This document shows positions 1 through 9,759 of a DNA stretch of 64,000 nt, piece by piece. The stretch comes from an uncultured bacterium. GTDB taxonomy: Bacteria; Hydrothermota; Tepidihabitantia; Tepidihabitantales; Tepidihabitantaceae. A program made the translations under genes and the position numbers. The stretch is taken from positions 8,773 to 72,772 of the forward strand of contig CAZVDD010000015.1 in assembly GCA_964626075.1 (NCBI GenBank). The letters are read 5' to 3'. Within the stretch, counting starts at the first letter, position 1. Each line of letters starts with the position of its first letter. Under the pieces are notes generated by a model that was given only the letters and a program-made list of their open reading frames with translations, did not search any database and was not told where the DNA came from.

Positions 1-506
1 TGAAAGCCGGCGAGGTCGCCCTGGACATTGAGGGCGAATCCGTGCAGGGTGATGCGGTCTTTTACCGCAATGCCCAGGGAGGCGATTTTTTTGTCCTGGA
101 CCCAGACGCCAATCTGCTTTGGTTTTACACCGGCGTCAACACCGACTTTTTTCAGGGCAAATATCAACGCCTGTTCCACCCCTTCCACGAAACGGCGCAC
201 CCCGAGAAGCCCGGCGCCTAAATGAAAGATGGGGTAGCCGATAAGTTGCCCGGGACCGTGATAGGTGATGTCACCACCTCGTTCAATCTGATAGACTTTT
301 ATGCCCCGGCGAGCAAGTTCCTCTTCGGAGACGAGAAGGTTTTTTTTGTTTGCCCGGCGGCCAATGGTGATGACAGGCGGGTGTTCGAGGAGTAGCAGGG
401 TGTCTTCAATCGTCCCGTTGTGCCGGAGCCGGTGCAGTTCGCGCTGGAGTTCGAGCGCGGTCAGATAGTCGACCGAGCCAAGTTGCAGCAAAATCGCCGG
501 ACGCAT
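1..506 (-). CDS. lipB: lipoyl(octanoyl) transferase, 3' end beyond the window edge
   Basis: Manual translation from ATG 506 gives MRPAILLQLGSVDY...LLLLEHPPVITIGRR...ERGGDITYHGPGQLIGYPI, the LipB signature; lies next to lpdA. Confidence 0.93.
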   Translation of the reverse strand, partial: MRPAILLQLGSVDYLTALELQRELHRLRHNGTIEDTLLLLEHPPVITIGRRANKKNLLVSEEELARRGIKVYQIERGGDITYHGPGQLIGYPIFHLGAGLLGVRRFVEGVEQALIFALKKVGVDAGVKPKQIGVWVQDKKIASLGIAVKDRITLHGFALNVQGDLAGF

Positions 507-515
507 CCCGGATGT

Positions 516-1919
516 TTAGCGGTTTACGATGTGAATGGCACTGCCGAGCAGGGCGTGGGCGGTTTCAAACACCAGTTCACTCATCGTTGGATGGGGATGA
601 ACCGATTTACCTAACTGCGCCGCAGTCAAGCCCAGTTCGACCGCAAGGGTGATTTCGGCGATAAGGACATCAGCGCCGGGTGCAACAACGCCACCACCAA
701 GGATTTTACCGGTTTTTTCGTCCATCACGAGTTTGCAAACACCTTCGGAGCGGTTTAATGTTAAAGATCTGCCGATGGCGTTAACCGGTACCCGGGCGAT
801 TTTTACCTTTAGACCCTGTTCGTTTGCGACTGTTTCGGTCAAGCCGACGGTGGCAATTTCGGGGTCGGTGTAAACAACTGCGGGGATGGGCTTCTTTTCT
901 CCAAGAATCGGTTTTTTATTTAGGGCCAGCGCCTCGGCAAGGTTGAAACCTTCGTACATCGCCTTATGGGCAAGAAGTTGCCCACCTCGGACATCACCGA
1001 TTGCGTAAACGCCTTTGATGTTTGTCTCGTATTTCGGGTCGGTTACAATAAAGCCGCGGCGGTCAACCTTTATTCCCAGATTTTCTATACCCAGTCCCGC
1101 GGTGCGGGCGGTTCTGCCCACCGCAATCAGTACCTTGTCCGCCTGCCATTCAAGGTGTTGTGGTTCCTGGACGCAAACCCGGGCGCTTTCTGCTGGAGGC
1201 GGGCAGGATAAGCCTTTGAGTCCGGTGTGAAACTGGACTCCTTCCCGTTCCATCTGCCGCTGGAGCAGGGTGGTTAGGTCGCGGTCAATCCCGGGCAAAA
1301 TTGAGTCGCACACTTCAAGCACGGTCACTTTAGCACCGAGACGCCGGAAGATGGTTGCGAACTCCAGTCCAATTGCGCCCGCGCCGACGATGACGATGCT
1401 CTCGGGCAACTGGACTAAGTTCAGGGCGCTGTTGGAGTCGATGACCTTTTTGTGGTCTGGTTCAAGTCCGGGTAAAACTGTAGGTTCTGAGCCAGTGGCG
1501 ATGATGATATGCGGGGCAGAAATTTCAGCATCGTTTTCGTTTCCCTGGACAACAACCCGGTCCGGTGCAACGATTCGGGCTTTGCCCCGGAACAGTTCGA
1601 CGCCATTGGCTTTGAACAGGAATTCAATACCCCGTGCCAAGCGGTCGATGATGCGTGCCTTCCAGGAGTTAAGGCTTACCGGGTCTAGTTCGGGTGACTG
1701 GAATGTGATGCCCATCGTCCGGGCTTCCTGGGCATTGCGCACCACAGCCGCGGCATGGAGCAGCGATTTTACCGGAATGCAGCCGCGATTTAAACAGACC
1801 CCGCCGACTCGGGCTTCTTCAACCACGGCAACCTTTTTGCCCAGTTGGGCAAGACGGATTGCTCCAACATAACCGGCAGGGCCGGCACCAATCAGTACCG
1901 CGTCAAATTTGTTTTCCAT
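516..1919 (-). CDS. lpdA: dihydrolipoyl dehydrogenase
   Basis: GAGPAGY FAD motif, GGVCLNRGCIP redox disulfide, C-terminal HPHPTMSE. Confidence 0.95.
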   Translation of the reverse strand: MENKFDAVLIGAGPAGYVGAIRLAQLGKKVAVVEEARVGGVCLNRGCIPVKSLLHAAAVVRNAQEARTMGITFQSPELDPVSLNSWKARIIDRLARGIEFLFKANGVELFRGKARIVAPDRVVVQGNENDAEISAPHIIIATGSEPTVLPGLEPDHKKVIDSNSALNLVQLPESIVIVGAGAIGLEFATIFRRLGAKVTVLEVCDSILPGIDRDLTTLLQRQMEREGVQFHTGLKGLSCPPPAESARVCVQEPQHLEWQADKVLIAVGRTARTAGLGIENLGIKVDRRGFIVTDPKYETNIKGVYAIGDVRGGQLLAHKAMYEGFNLAEALALNKKPILGEKKPIPAVVYTDPEIATVGLTETVANEQGLKVKIARVPVNAIGRSLTLNRSEGVCKLVMDEKTGKILGGGVVAPGADVLIAEITLAVELGLTAAQLGKSVHPHPTMSELVFETAHALLGSAIHIVNR

Positions 1920-1924
1920 ACCTT

Positions 1925-3076
1925 TCACCAGAGGGTTCCTTTAATCAACTCCGAGGCGATGACGAGGCGTTGAATCTGGTTTGTCCCTTCGTAAATTTGG
2001 GTGATTTTGGCGTCGCGCATCATCTTCTCGACCGGATAGTCTTTCATATAGCCGTAGCCACCCAAAATTTGCACCGCATCGGTGGTGACGCGCATGGCGG
2101 TGTCGGACGCCATTACCTTTGCCATTGCCGCGATGCCGGCGATGTTTTTGACTCCAGCATCGGCGGCGCGCGCCGCTTCGTAGACCAGAGCGCGCGAGGC
2201 TTCAATTTGAATTGCCATATCGGCGAGCATCAGTTGCACCGCCTGGAAACTGGCGATAGGCTGGTCAAATTGAATGCGGGTTTTGGCGTACTCCAGGGCT
2301 TCGTCAAGGGCACCCTGCGCAATCCCCAGCGCCTGAGCACCAACTCCGGGCCGGGTACGGTCAAAGGTGCGCATCGTATGGACAAATCCCATACCTTCGC
2401 GACCACCGATGAGATTTTCTGCGGGCACCCGGCAGTCCTGGAAAACGAGTTCCGCGGTTTTTGAGCAGCGGATGCCCATCTTGTCTTCAATCTTGCCGTA
2501 GGTGAAGCCCGGAGTACCATCTTCAACGATGAAGGCGGATAACCCGCGCGCCCCGCGTGCCGGATCGGTAGAGGCAATAACCGTATAAATCTTGGCAACA
2601 CTGCCATTGGTGATGAACTGCTTGGTGCCGTTGAGGACATAGTGGTCGCCTTCGCGCCGTGCCCGGGTTTTTACATTGCTGGCGTCAGAACCGGCTTGGG
2701 CTTCGGTAATCGCAAATGCCGCGAGTTCGCCTGCGGCGAGTCGGGGTAGGTACTTCTTTTTCTGCTCTTCGGTGCCAGCAAGGAGGATGGGGAAGGTGCC
2801 AAGGCCACAGGCGGCGTAACAGAGGGCAACGGCACCGTCAATCCGAGAGAGTTCCTCAACAACAAGACACATCTCCATTATGCCGCCGCCAAATCCGCCG
2901 TACTCTTCTGGAATGTAAACACCCATCAACCCCAGTTCTGCCATCTCTTTCATCAGGGCAAAGGGGAATTCACCGGTGCGGTCCAGTTCCGCTCGTACCG
3001 GCTTGATTTTCTCCTGAGCAAAACGCCGGGCAAGGTCCCGGATTTCTTTTTGACTATCGGTTAAAAAGTACTCCAT
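1925..3076 (-). CDS. acyl-CoA dehydrogenase (butyryl-CoA dehydrogenase-like)
   Basis: FAITEAQAGSD, NGTKQFITNG, GGYGY and IYEGTNQIQR motifs. Confidence 0.93.
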   Translation of the reverse strand: MEYFLTDSQKEIRDLARRFAQEKIKPVRAELDRTGEFPFALMKEMAELGLMGVYIPEEYGGFGGGIMEMCLVVEELSRIDGAVALCYAACGLGTFPILLAGTEEQKKKYLPRLAAGELAAFAITEAQAGSDASNVKTRARREGDHYVLNGTKQFITNGSVAKIYTVIASTDPARGARGLSAFIVEDGTPGFTYGKIEDKMGIRCSKTAELVFQDCRVPAENLIGGREGMGFVHTMRTFDRTRPGVGAQALGIAQGALDEALEYAKTRIQFDQPIASFQAVQLMLADMAIQIEASRALVYEAARAADAGVKNIAGIAAMAKVMASDTAMRVTTDAVQILGGYGYMKDYPVEKMMRDAKITQIYEGTNQIQRLVIASELIKGTLW

Positions 3077-3098
3077 AAACACTCCTTTTTATCTTTCG

Positions 3099-4073
3099 TT
3101 AATTTTCAAGGTGATGCCCCGGTTTCAATCGACTTTTGATGTCTGCGGCAACCCGGAGCGCACCCGATTTAAGGAGCAGCGCAATTTGGCGATAAAACTC
3201 TATTGAGCGTCCGATTGGGTCCAAAATCTCCTCTTCTTTTTCCGGATAGCCGCCCAAAAGCCGGACTTTCTCTGCCGCTCCAGGCACCTGTTCAAGGATG
3301 ACCCGGCGCTGACCCTGTTCCATTACGAGAATCAGGTCTGCGGTTTCAACCATCTTTCGGTCGAGTTGCCGTGCCCGATGGCTCGTCAGGTCAACGCCCA
3401 TCTCCTTACCCACGGCGATTGCGAACTGGGTTGCCGGATTACCAACTGGTGCCGCAATTCCCGCGGAACTGACCACGACCGGCAGTTCGGCGCAAATCTG
3501 CGAGAGAATTGCCGCGGCAAGCGGGCTGCGGCAGGAGTTGCCGGTGCAGACCACAAGGATGGAAAGTATCACTTTCGGTCCGAGATGAACCTTTGTACCG
3601 AGAATCTGCTCCAGTTTAAGTATGCCCGGTGTGCCTTTACGAAGAACAACCGGGGGTAAATTGGATAGGTCAAGGACGGCGGGTCCAATATCGGCTGGCA
3701 TATCCTTATCAAGTTGGATTTTTATCCAGTTGCCAGCAATCTCAACGGTCTCGTCAATATCTTCTGGTTGGTCCGGGATGCCGAACCAGACCGGCTGCGC
3801 AATTGAGGCAACTGCTGCCGCTAATAACCCTGACGGTGCAACTGCCCAGCCCGGTTGTTGTGTTTCGGTAATCAAAACTAACGGCTGGGTTAAAAGTTCG
3901 GGGTATTTTAACTCCCCGGGAGGTAATTTTTCCGGGTGAACAAGTTGATAGGCAACGCCCATAAGTTGGACAATCTTCTCTTTATCTGTGCTCAACAGGC
4001 AGGTTGTGCCGAATAGCGGTGCGATAACCCCGCCCTGTTTAAGAGCCCGGGCGATGTCCTTTTCCTTAGCCAT
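3099..4073 (-). CDS. low-molecular-weight protein Tyr/Arg phosphatase fused to a degenerate Sua5/YrdC-like N-terminal domain
   Basis: C-terminal half has the CTGNSCRS (CX5R) P-loop and DPIG; N-terminal half resembles the YrdC fold (LKQGGVIA...VLDL...VVLRKG). Confidence 0.8.
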   Translation of the reverse strand: MAKEKDIARALKQGGVIAPLFGTTCLLSTDKEKIVQLMGVAYQLVHPEKLPPGELKYPELLTQPLVLITETQQPGWAVAPSGLLAAAVASIAQPVWFGIPDQPEDIDETVEIAGNWIKIQLDKDMPADIGPAVLDLSNLPPVVLRKGTPGILKLEQILGTKVHLGPKVILSILVVCTGNSCRSPLAAAILSQICAELPVVVSSAGIAAPVGNPATQFAIAVGKEMGVDLTSHRARQLDRKMVETADLILVMEQGQRRVILEQVPGAAEKVRLLGGYPEKEEEILDPIGRSIEFYRQIALLLKSGALRVAADIKSRLKPGHHLEN

Positions 4074-4079
4074 AACAGT

Positions 4080-5366
4080 TCAGGGACTGCTAACCGTGCG
4101 GGCGAGGTGTCTCAGCCCTTTTTCGCCGATGTCCCGGCGGTAATGCATGCCGGAAAAGTGGATAAGTCCGAGTCCGTAATATGCCCGGTCCCGGGCTTCA
4201 GGTAGAGTCGAGCCCAACCCGGTAACAGCCAGTACTCTACCACCATTGGTAACAATTCGGTCGTCCACCATTTTTGTCCCGGCATGGAAAACGATTGTCT
4301 GTTCGCCGTCTTCCAGTTTGCCGGAAATGGGCAAGCCCTTTTCATAGTTGCCCGGGTACCCCTGAGATGCGGCAACAACACACAGTGCCCAGCGATTGCC
4401 CCATTCAGGAGATGTCTGCTCTTTTAAGTTGCCGAGTGCGCATTCAAGGCACATTTCGGCAAGGTCGTCTTCGAAAAGGGGAACAATAACCTGGGTTTCG
4501 GGGTCGCCAAACCGACAGTTGAATTCGAGAACCTTTGGTCGCTCCGGAGTGAGCATCAGTCCGGCATAGATTGCACCCCGGTAATCAATCCCCTCCTTTT
4601 TAAGAGCCAGCAGCAAGGGGTTGAAGATTTCATTTACCACTCTATTGAAAATTTCTCTCGTTACCACAGGCACCGGTGCATAGGCACCCATACCGCCGGT
4701 GTTCGGGCCGGCATCACCATCCAGGAGCCGTTTGTGGTCCTGAGAAGGCACGAAAAAGTGAAGGTGTGCGCCATCGCACAGGGCGATGATTGACGCCTCT
4801 TCGCCTTCAAGGAACTCCTCAATCACCACCTGTTTGCCCGCTTCACCCAGTTTTCCCTCCTTCATAAAACTGTTAAGCGTGGTGAGTGCCTGTTCAACCG
4901 AATTGGCAACAACAACACCTTTGCCCGCTGCCAGACCGGTGGCTTTTACAACAATCGGGAACCGCTGGCTGGATATAAACTTCACCGCCTGGTCATAGTC
5001 TTCAAACACCGCAAACCGGCCGGTGGGGATGTTGTATTTAGCAAGAAGATTTTTGGTGAACGCCTTGTCGCCTTCCAACTGGGCAGCGGTTTTATTCGGG
5101 CCAAACACCTTTAACCCCTTTTTTTCAAACTCATCGGCAAGCCCGGCAACAAGCGGCGCTTCGGGTCCAACCACAGTGAGGTCGATTTTCTGCTTGCGGG
5201 CAAATTGAGCAAGGCTATTGATGTTTAGCGGGTCAATATCAGCGCACTCTGCCAGCCGAGAAATTCCAGCGTTACCCGGAGCGCAGTAAACATTATGGCC
5301 CGACCGGGAAAATGCCCAGACAAGGGCATGCTCGCGACCTCCGTGGCCGATTACTAAAACTCTCAT
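4080..5366 (-). CDS. purD: phosphoribosylamine--glycine ligase
   Basis: GGREHAL, GLAAGKGV, GPNTGGMGAY, EFNCRFGDPETQ. Confidence 0.97.
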   Translation of the reverse strand: MRVLVIGHGGREHALVWAFSRSGHNVYCAPGNAGISRLAECADIDPLNINSLAQFARKQKIDLTVVGPEAPLVAGLADEFEKKGLKVFGPNKTAAQLEGDKAFTKNLLAKYNIPTGRFAVFEDYDQAVKFISSQRFPIVVKATGLAAGKGVVVANSVEQALTTLNSFMKEGKLGEAGKQVVIEEFLEGEEASIIALCDGAHLHFFVPSQDHKRLLDGDAGPNTGGMGAYAPVPVVTREIFNRVVNEIFNPLLLALKKEGIDYRGAIYAGLMLTPERPKVLEFNCRFGDPETQVIVPLFEDDLAEMCLECALGNLKEQTSPEWGNRWALCVVAASQGYPGNYEKGLPISGKLEDGEQTIVFHAGTKMVDDRIVTNGGRVLAVTGLGSTLPEARDRAYYGLGLIHFSGMHYRRDIGEKGLRHLARTVSSP

Positions 5367-5860
5367 ATTTTTATATTATCCTTCAATCTACCAGCAATTG
5401 GCTCATTGTCAAATGTGCCATATCAGGTTCTTCCACCGTAAGCCGTGGGGGCCGGGTTCAAAGCGGGCTTTGGACCACTAACATAATCGTACCCTGTGGA
5501 GGACACGTGAAGACAGAACCGAAAACGGTATCAAAGAGAGGGTAGGAGGTTAAGGACTTTATCTTGCAGGATAGGGTTTCAGATGTGCAATCGGGCATAA
5601 CTGTAAGGATTGCCAATAAGATAGTAACTAAGATGGGTTTTGGAAAGGTGCTCAAGTTGTTTAGAGGGAGGGGAAAAGGGGTGATGAGCAAAGGGGCGCT
5701 GGAGGCTATCCTGGGGATTGTTCCCGGACAACGGAGGGGCGGTAATTTTGTCACTTTTTTGTTTATTTTTCGTATTGTAAAATAAAATAGGAGAAAAGTT
5801 TTTTACGACTGGCATCAGCTTTTGGCATTTTATTGGTGATTCACAAGTTACACCGATTAG

Positions 5861-5890
5861 TTGACAAGGGGCAAAATTTTGGTGTATAAT
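5861..5890 (+). promoter_or_regulatory. sigma70-type promoter for the pilB operon
   Basis: TTGACA-18 nt-TATAAT; AAGGAGG RBS before ATG 5954. Confidence 0.7.
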
Positions 5891-5953
5891 ATTTCACTAA
5901 TGAGATTTATTAAGATAGCTAATCGGGCAGTTGCCCGTTAAAGGAGGCGTAAG

Positions 5954-7537
5954 ATGGCAGACGAGCAGACGCCAGTTGAAGAAAGTGGTTCTGTACTGGA
6001 ACAGCGTTACGGGGTTCCGTTTATTGACTTGACAACTTTTAAACTTGATTCTGAGGTATTGCAACTCTTTCCCGAAGAGTTTTTGCGTAAGAATAAGTTA
6101 ATACCCCTTTTCCGTTCTGGCAACACTTTGGCGGTCGCAATGGTTGACCCGGGCGACATTTTTACCATTGATGAGGTAAGGCGGACAACCGGAATGGAGG
6201 TTGAACCGATGGTTTGCCGGGAGATAGACCTTTACCAGGCGCTGAATCAGTACTACACCGCGCCGGAACCCGCTGACATCCCGAATGAGCCCGAGATCAC
6301 CAGCCTTGATGACCTGCCCGAGGAGGAAAGCGCGGCGGTTGCCGAGCAGGGGCTGGAACCGCGCAAGCTGGAGGAGCTGGCTTCCGAAGCGCCGGTGGTA
6401 CGATGGGTGAACCAGATGATTATTCGGGCGGTACGAGAACGGGCAAGCGACATCCATATCGAACCGACGCGGGAAGGGTTGCGGGTCCGGTTCCGCATTG
6501 ACGGTATTCTCCATCCTATTGTCTCGCCGAAAAAGGCGCTGCAGCTGGCGGTCGTTTCCCGTATCAAGATCATGTCAAGAATGAACATCGCCGAAAAGCG
6601 GGTGCCGCAGGACGGGCGCTACGGCGCAATAGTTGATGGCCGGGAGATTGACTTCCGTGTTTCCACTTTCCCGACGACTTACGGCGAAAAGGTGGTGATG
6701 CGTATCCTCGACCGGATGCGCCTGCTGTCGCTGGACGAACTGGGTCTGGTTGAGGAGTCTTACGATACGCTGCGGGAGATGATTGCCAAACCCCACGGCG
6801 TTATTCTTATTACCGGTCCGACCGGGTCGGGTAAGTCCACGACGCTGTATGCGATTTTAAATGAGATTCGTTCCGGTGATAAAAATATCATTACGATTGA
6901 GGACCCGGTGGAGTATGATATTGACGACATCTGCCAATCGCAGGTGAATGAGCGCGCCGGCTATACCTATCTTGTTGGATTGCGGCACATTCTGCGTCAG
7001 GACCCGGATGTGATTATGATTGGTGAAATTCGTGACGCCGAAACCGCCGGGGTGGCGATCCGTGCCGCTCTTACCGGTCAGCTGGTTTTCTCAACGATTC
7101 ACACCAACGACGCACCGGGTACTGTGACCCGATTGATTGATATGGGGATTGAGCCATTTCTGGTTGCCTCTGGTCTCGAAGGTGTTGTTGCCCAGCGATT
7201 GGTGCGCCGGATTTGTCCGAAGTGTAAAGTTCCCTATGACCCACCGGCAAAGATGCTGGAGGAGTTTGACCTACCCCCGGGAACAAAGTTTTACAAAGGT
7301 AAGGGGTGTGAGCACTGCCGGAATACCGGCTATCGGGGCCGGATGGGAATATTTGAGGTTATGAAGTTGAATGACCGAATTCGGGAACTGGTCGTTACCC
7401 GGCCGCCAACCTCGGCAATTCGGGCTTTAGCCCGGGAGTACGGAATGAAGACATTGTGGGAGGACGGAATGCGTAAGGTCCTCAATGGTGTGACGACGAT
7501 TGAAGAAGTGATGGACGAGGCGGAAAAGGTCGAGTAA
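5954..7537 (+). CDS. pilB: type IV pilus/T2SS assembly ATPase (PilB/GspE family)
   Basis: ASDIHIEP, Walker A GPTGSGKST, LRQDPDVIMIGEIRD, tetracysteine zinc motif. Confidence 0.92.
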   Translation: MADEQTPVEESGSVLEQRYGVPFIDLTTFKLDSEVLQLFPEEFLRKNKLIPLFRSGNTLAVAMVDPGDIFTIDEVRRTTGMEVEPMVCREIDLYQALNQYYTAPEPADIPNEPEITSLDDLPEEESAAVAEQGLEPRKLEELASEAPVVRWVNQMIIRAVRERASDIHIEPTREGLRVRFRIDGILHPIVSPKKALQLAVVSRIKIMSRMNIAEKRVPQDGRYGAIVDGREIDFRVSTFPTTYGEKVVMRILDRMRLLSLDELGLVEESYDTLREMIAKPHGVILITGPTGSGKSTTLYAILNEIRSGDKNIITIEDPVEYDIDDICQSQVNERAGYTYLVGLRHILRQDPDVIMIGEIRDAETAGVAIRAALTGQLVFSTIHTNDAPGTVTRLIDMGIEPFLVASGLEGVVAQRLVRRICPKCKVPYDPPAKMLEEFDLPPGTKFYKGKGCEHCRNTGYRGRMGIFEVMKLNDRIRELVVTRPPTSAIRALAREYGMKTLWEDGMRKVLNGVTTIEEVMDEAEKVE

Positions 7538-7555
7538 TTTAGAAAGGGAGGAGCA

Positions 7556-8797
7556 ATGCCGCTGTTTCGTTATAAAGTCCGTGATAAAGAAGGAAAGATA
7601 ATTTCCGGGACAATTGAAGGCACGGATGTGGCGAGCGTAACCGAAAAACTTGACAGTTTCGGTTATGTCCCGATTACAATTCGGGAGGAAAAGGCCGCGG
7701 CGGCGGGCCCGTCGTTTGATTTGAGTCGGTTCTTTGAACGGGTAAAGCCGGCCGATTTGATTAACTTTACACGGCAGTTTGTTACGCTGCACCGTGCCGG
7801 TCTGCCGATGCTGACCGCAATCGGCGCGCTCCAGGCGCAGACGAAGTCGAAACCACTCGCCAAGGCGCTGGACGCCATCCGCAAGGATTTGATGGGTGGA
7901 GCGGCACTGTCGGTGGCGATGGCAAAGCACCCCCGAATTTTCAACGAACTTTATGTCAACTCCATTTGGGCGGGTGAAACCGGTGGTGTTCTTGACGACA
8001 TTCTTGACCGGTTGGTGATGCTTTTAGACCACGAACGAAAACTGAAGTCCGATGTCGGCAGTGCGATGCGCTATCCGATTATCCTGATGGTCACCTTTGT
8101 CATCGCGGTTGCGGTACTGGCAACATTCGTTTTGCCCAAGTTTGTGTCGTTAATTGCCACCGTAGGTGGTAAGATGCCGTTGCCGACACAGATTCTCCTC
8201 ATCGTGACCAATTTTATGGGCAAGTACTGGTATCTGCTGGTTCTAATTATTGCCGCGGCGGTGGTGTTGTTCTATATGTTCATCCGAACAAGTGTGGGGC
8301 GGATGTGGTTTGACCGATTTAAGTTGCGCCTGCCGATATTCGGACCAATTATCTACAAGATGGCGCTTTCCCGATTTGCCCGGATGTTTGAGACCCTGGA
8401 CCGAACCGGGTTACCGATTCTGCGCAGTTTGAACTTAGTTTCGAAGACCGTGGGCAATGTTTATCTGTCACAAGCGATTGATAAACTGGCGGAGAGTGTG
8501 CGCCGGGGCCGAGGTTTAGCAACGCCGATGCGTGAACTGGGTGTATTTCCGCCGATGGTCGTGCAGATGGTGGCAACCGGTGAGGAGTCGGGAGCGCTCG
8601 ATGATATGTTAAAACAGGTTTCCGACTACTATGACAGCGAAGTTGAATATGCGGTCAAGAACCTTACCGGAATGATTGAACCGATAATGATTCTGTTTAT
8701 GGGTGTAGCCGCGGTGTTCCTGATTGTCGCCATTATTATGCCCTACATGTCAATCCTCACCAGTTTCGGTTCGGGCGGCGGTTACGGAATGCGCTGA
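7556..8797 (+). CDS. pilC: type IV pilus/T2SS inner-membrane platform protein (PilC/GspF)
   Basis: Two GspF repeats (AGETGGVLD...RYP; GEESGALDDML...IEP); follows pilB. Confidence 0.92.
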   Translation: MPLFRYKVRDKEGKIISGTIEGTDVASVTEKLDSFGYVPITIREEKAAAAGPSFDLSRFFERVKPADLINFTRQFVTLHRAGLPMLTAIGALQAQTKSKPLAKALDAIRKDLMGGAALSVAMAKHPRIFNELYVNSIWAGETGGVLDDILDRLVMLLDHERKLKSDVGSAMRYPIILMVTFVIAVAVLATFVLPKFVSLIATVGGKMPLPTQILLIVTNFMGKYWYLLVLIIAAAVVLFYMFIRTSVGRMWFDRFKLRLPIFGPIIYKMALSRFARMFETLDRTGLPILRSLNLVSKTVGNVYLSQAIDKLAESVRRGRGLATPMRELGVFPPMVVQMVATGEESGALDDMLKQVSDYYDSEVEYAVKNLTGMIEPIMILFMGVAAVFLIVAIIMPYMSILTSFGSGGGYGMR

Positions 8798-8844
8798 GGT
8801 TTAATAGTTAGTAAAATTTTCACCGCGGAAACAAGAGCGCAGAA

Positions 8845-9756
8845 ATGACACCAAGAGTAACAAGGGTTTTTATCCGGGCACGAGCCGCGGAACCGGGCTG
8901 GCAGGTTTTCCCTTTTGCCCAGGATGCACCCGATTCGACGGACATAAAAATTGTCGAAGTTGCCGAACTAATCCGGCGCAAGCCGGGATTTTTGAACTTT
9001 GCCGAGCAGTCAGCAGCACCATTTCGGGTTGCCGCGCCGGTTTCGAATAGTTTTGGTCTCAGTTCACCGATTCTGGTTGCGGTCGATGAAATGGGGGGCG
9101 TTTTTCTTGTTGGGTGTCCGGATGAGTCAGGTCCCAATGCCTATCGGACGGTTGTTGCCGATGTGCTCGCGGCAAGTACCCGACTGTGGCGGTTGAGTTA
9201 TGAGCAGTTCTCCCAGATTTTTACCGAGGTTGAAGGTGCCTCTTTAGAGGAGTTGATGCTTTTGCGGAGCCGTGCCGACTGGGATTTTGACCAGTTCGAG
9301 CCGACCGTTGCTGCGAACCTCGAAAAGGGGCGGTTTCCGATTTTGATTGTGACCGCTCATCCAACCGGCGATGTACGCCAGGTTCTAGACTATCTAAAGG
9401 GAATGAACCTTGTGGTTGCGGTGGTCAGTTATTCAATCTGGGTTCGAGGTGGAATACTCGTAGTTGAGCCGGTCAGCCCTTCCCAAACCACGCTTGGTGT
9501 TTTATCAGCGCCCGCAACTTTTGCCCCGCCTCCAACTCTTCCCCGACAAGAGCCGCCGGTTGTTCAGCAACCGGTTGAGGCGGAGTTGCCCCCGGTTGTT
9601 GAGGAAGAAAAAAGGGAAGAGGAACCAACACGCTCGATACCGGCAGGTGCTCTACCGACCGAGCCCGCGAAAACTGTTGCCAAGCCACCCGGTCCCGGAA
9701 CTAAACCGGGGGTGATGGCTGGTAAAAGACCGCCGCCCAAACCCAAGCAAGGGTAA
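8845..9756 (+). CDS. hypothetical protein with a degenerate PD-(D/E)xK-like domain and Pro-rich tail
   Basis: LVAVDEMGGVFLVGCP...DVLAASTRLW...NLEKGRFPILIV; paralog of the next gene. Confidence 0.6.
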   Translation: MTPRVTRVFIRARAAEPGWQVFPFAQDAPDSTDIKIVEVAELIRRKPGFLNFAEQSAAPFRVAAPVSNSFGLSSPILVAVDEMGGVFLVGCPDESGPNAYRTVVADVLAASTRLWRLSYEQFSQIFTEVEGASLEELMLLRSRADWDFDQFEPTVAANLEKGRFPILIVTAHPTGDVRQVLDYLKGMNLVVAVVSYSIWVRGGILVVEPVSPSQTTLGVLSAPATFAPPPTLPRQEPPVVQQPVEAELPPVVEEEKREEEPTRSIPAGALPTEPAKTVAKPPGPGTKPGVMAGKRPPPKPKQG

Positions 9757-9759
9757 GCG

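Noticed and set aside
5420-5560. tRNA-like or 6S-like RNA (hairpin plus GGGTTCAAA) upstream of purD
   Set aside because: I could not build a cloverleaf or the long 6S duplex; only isolated motifs are present.
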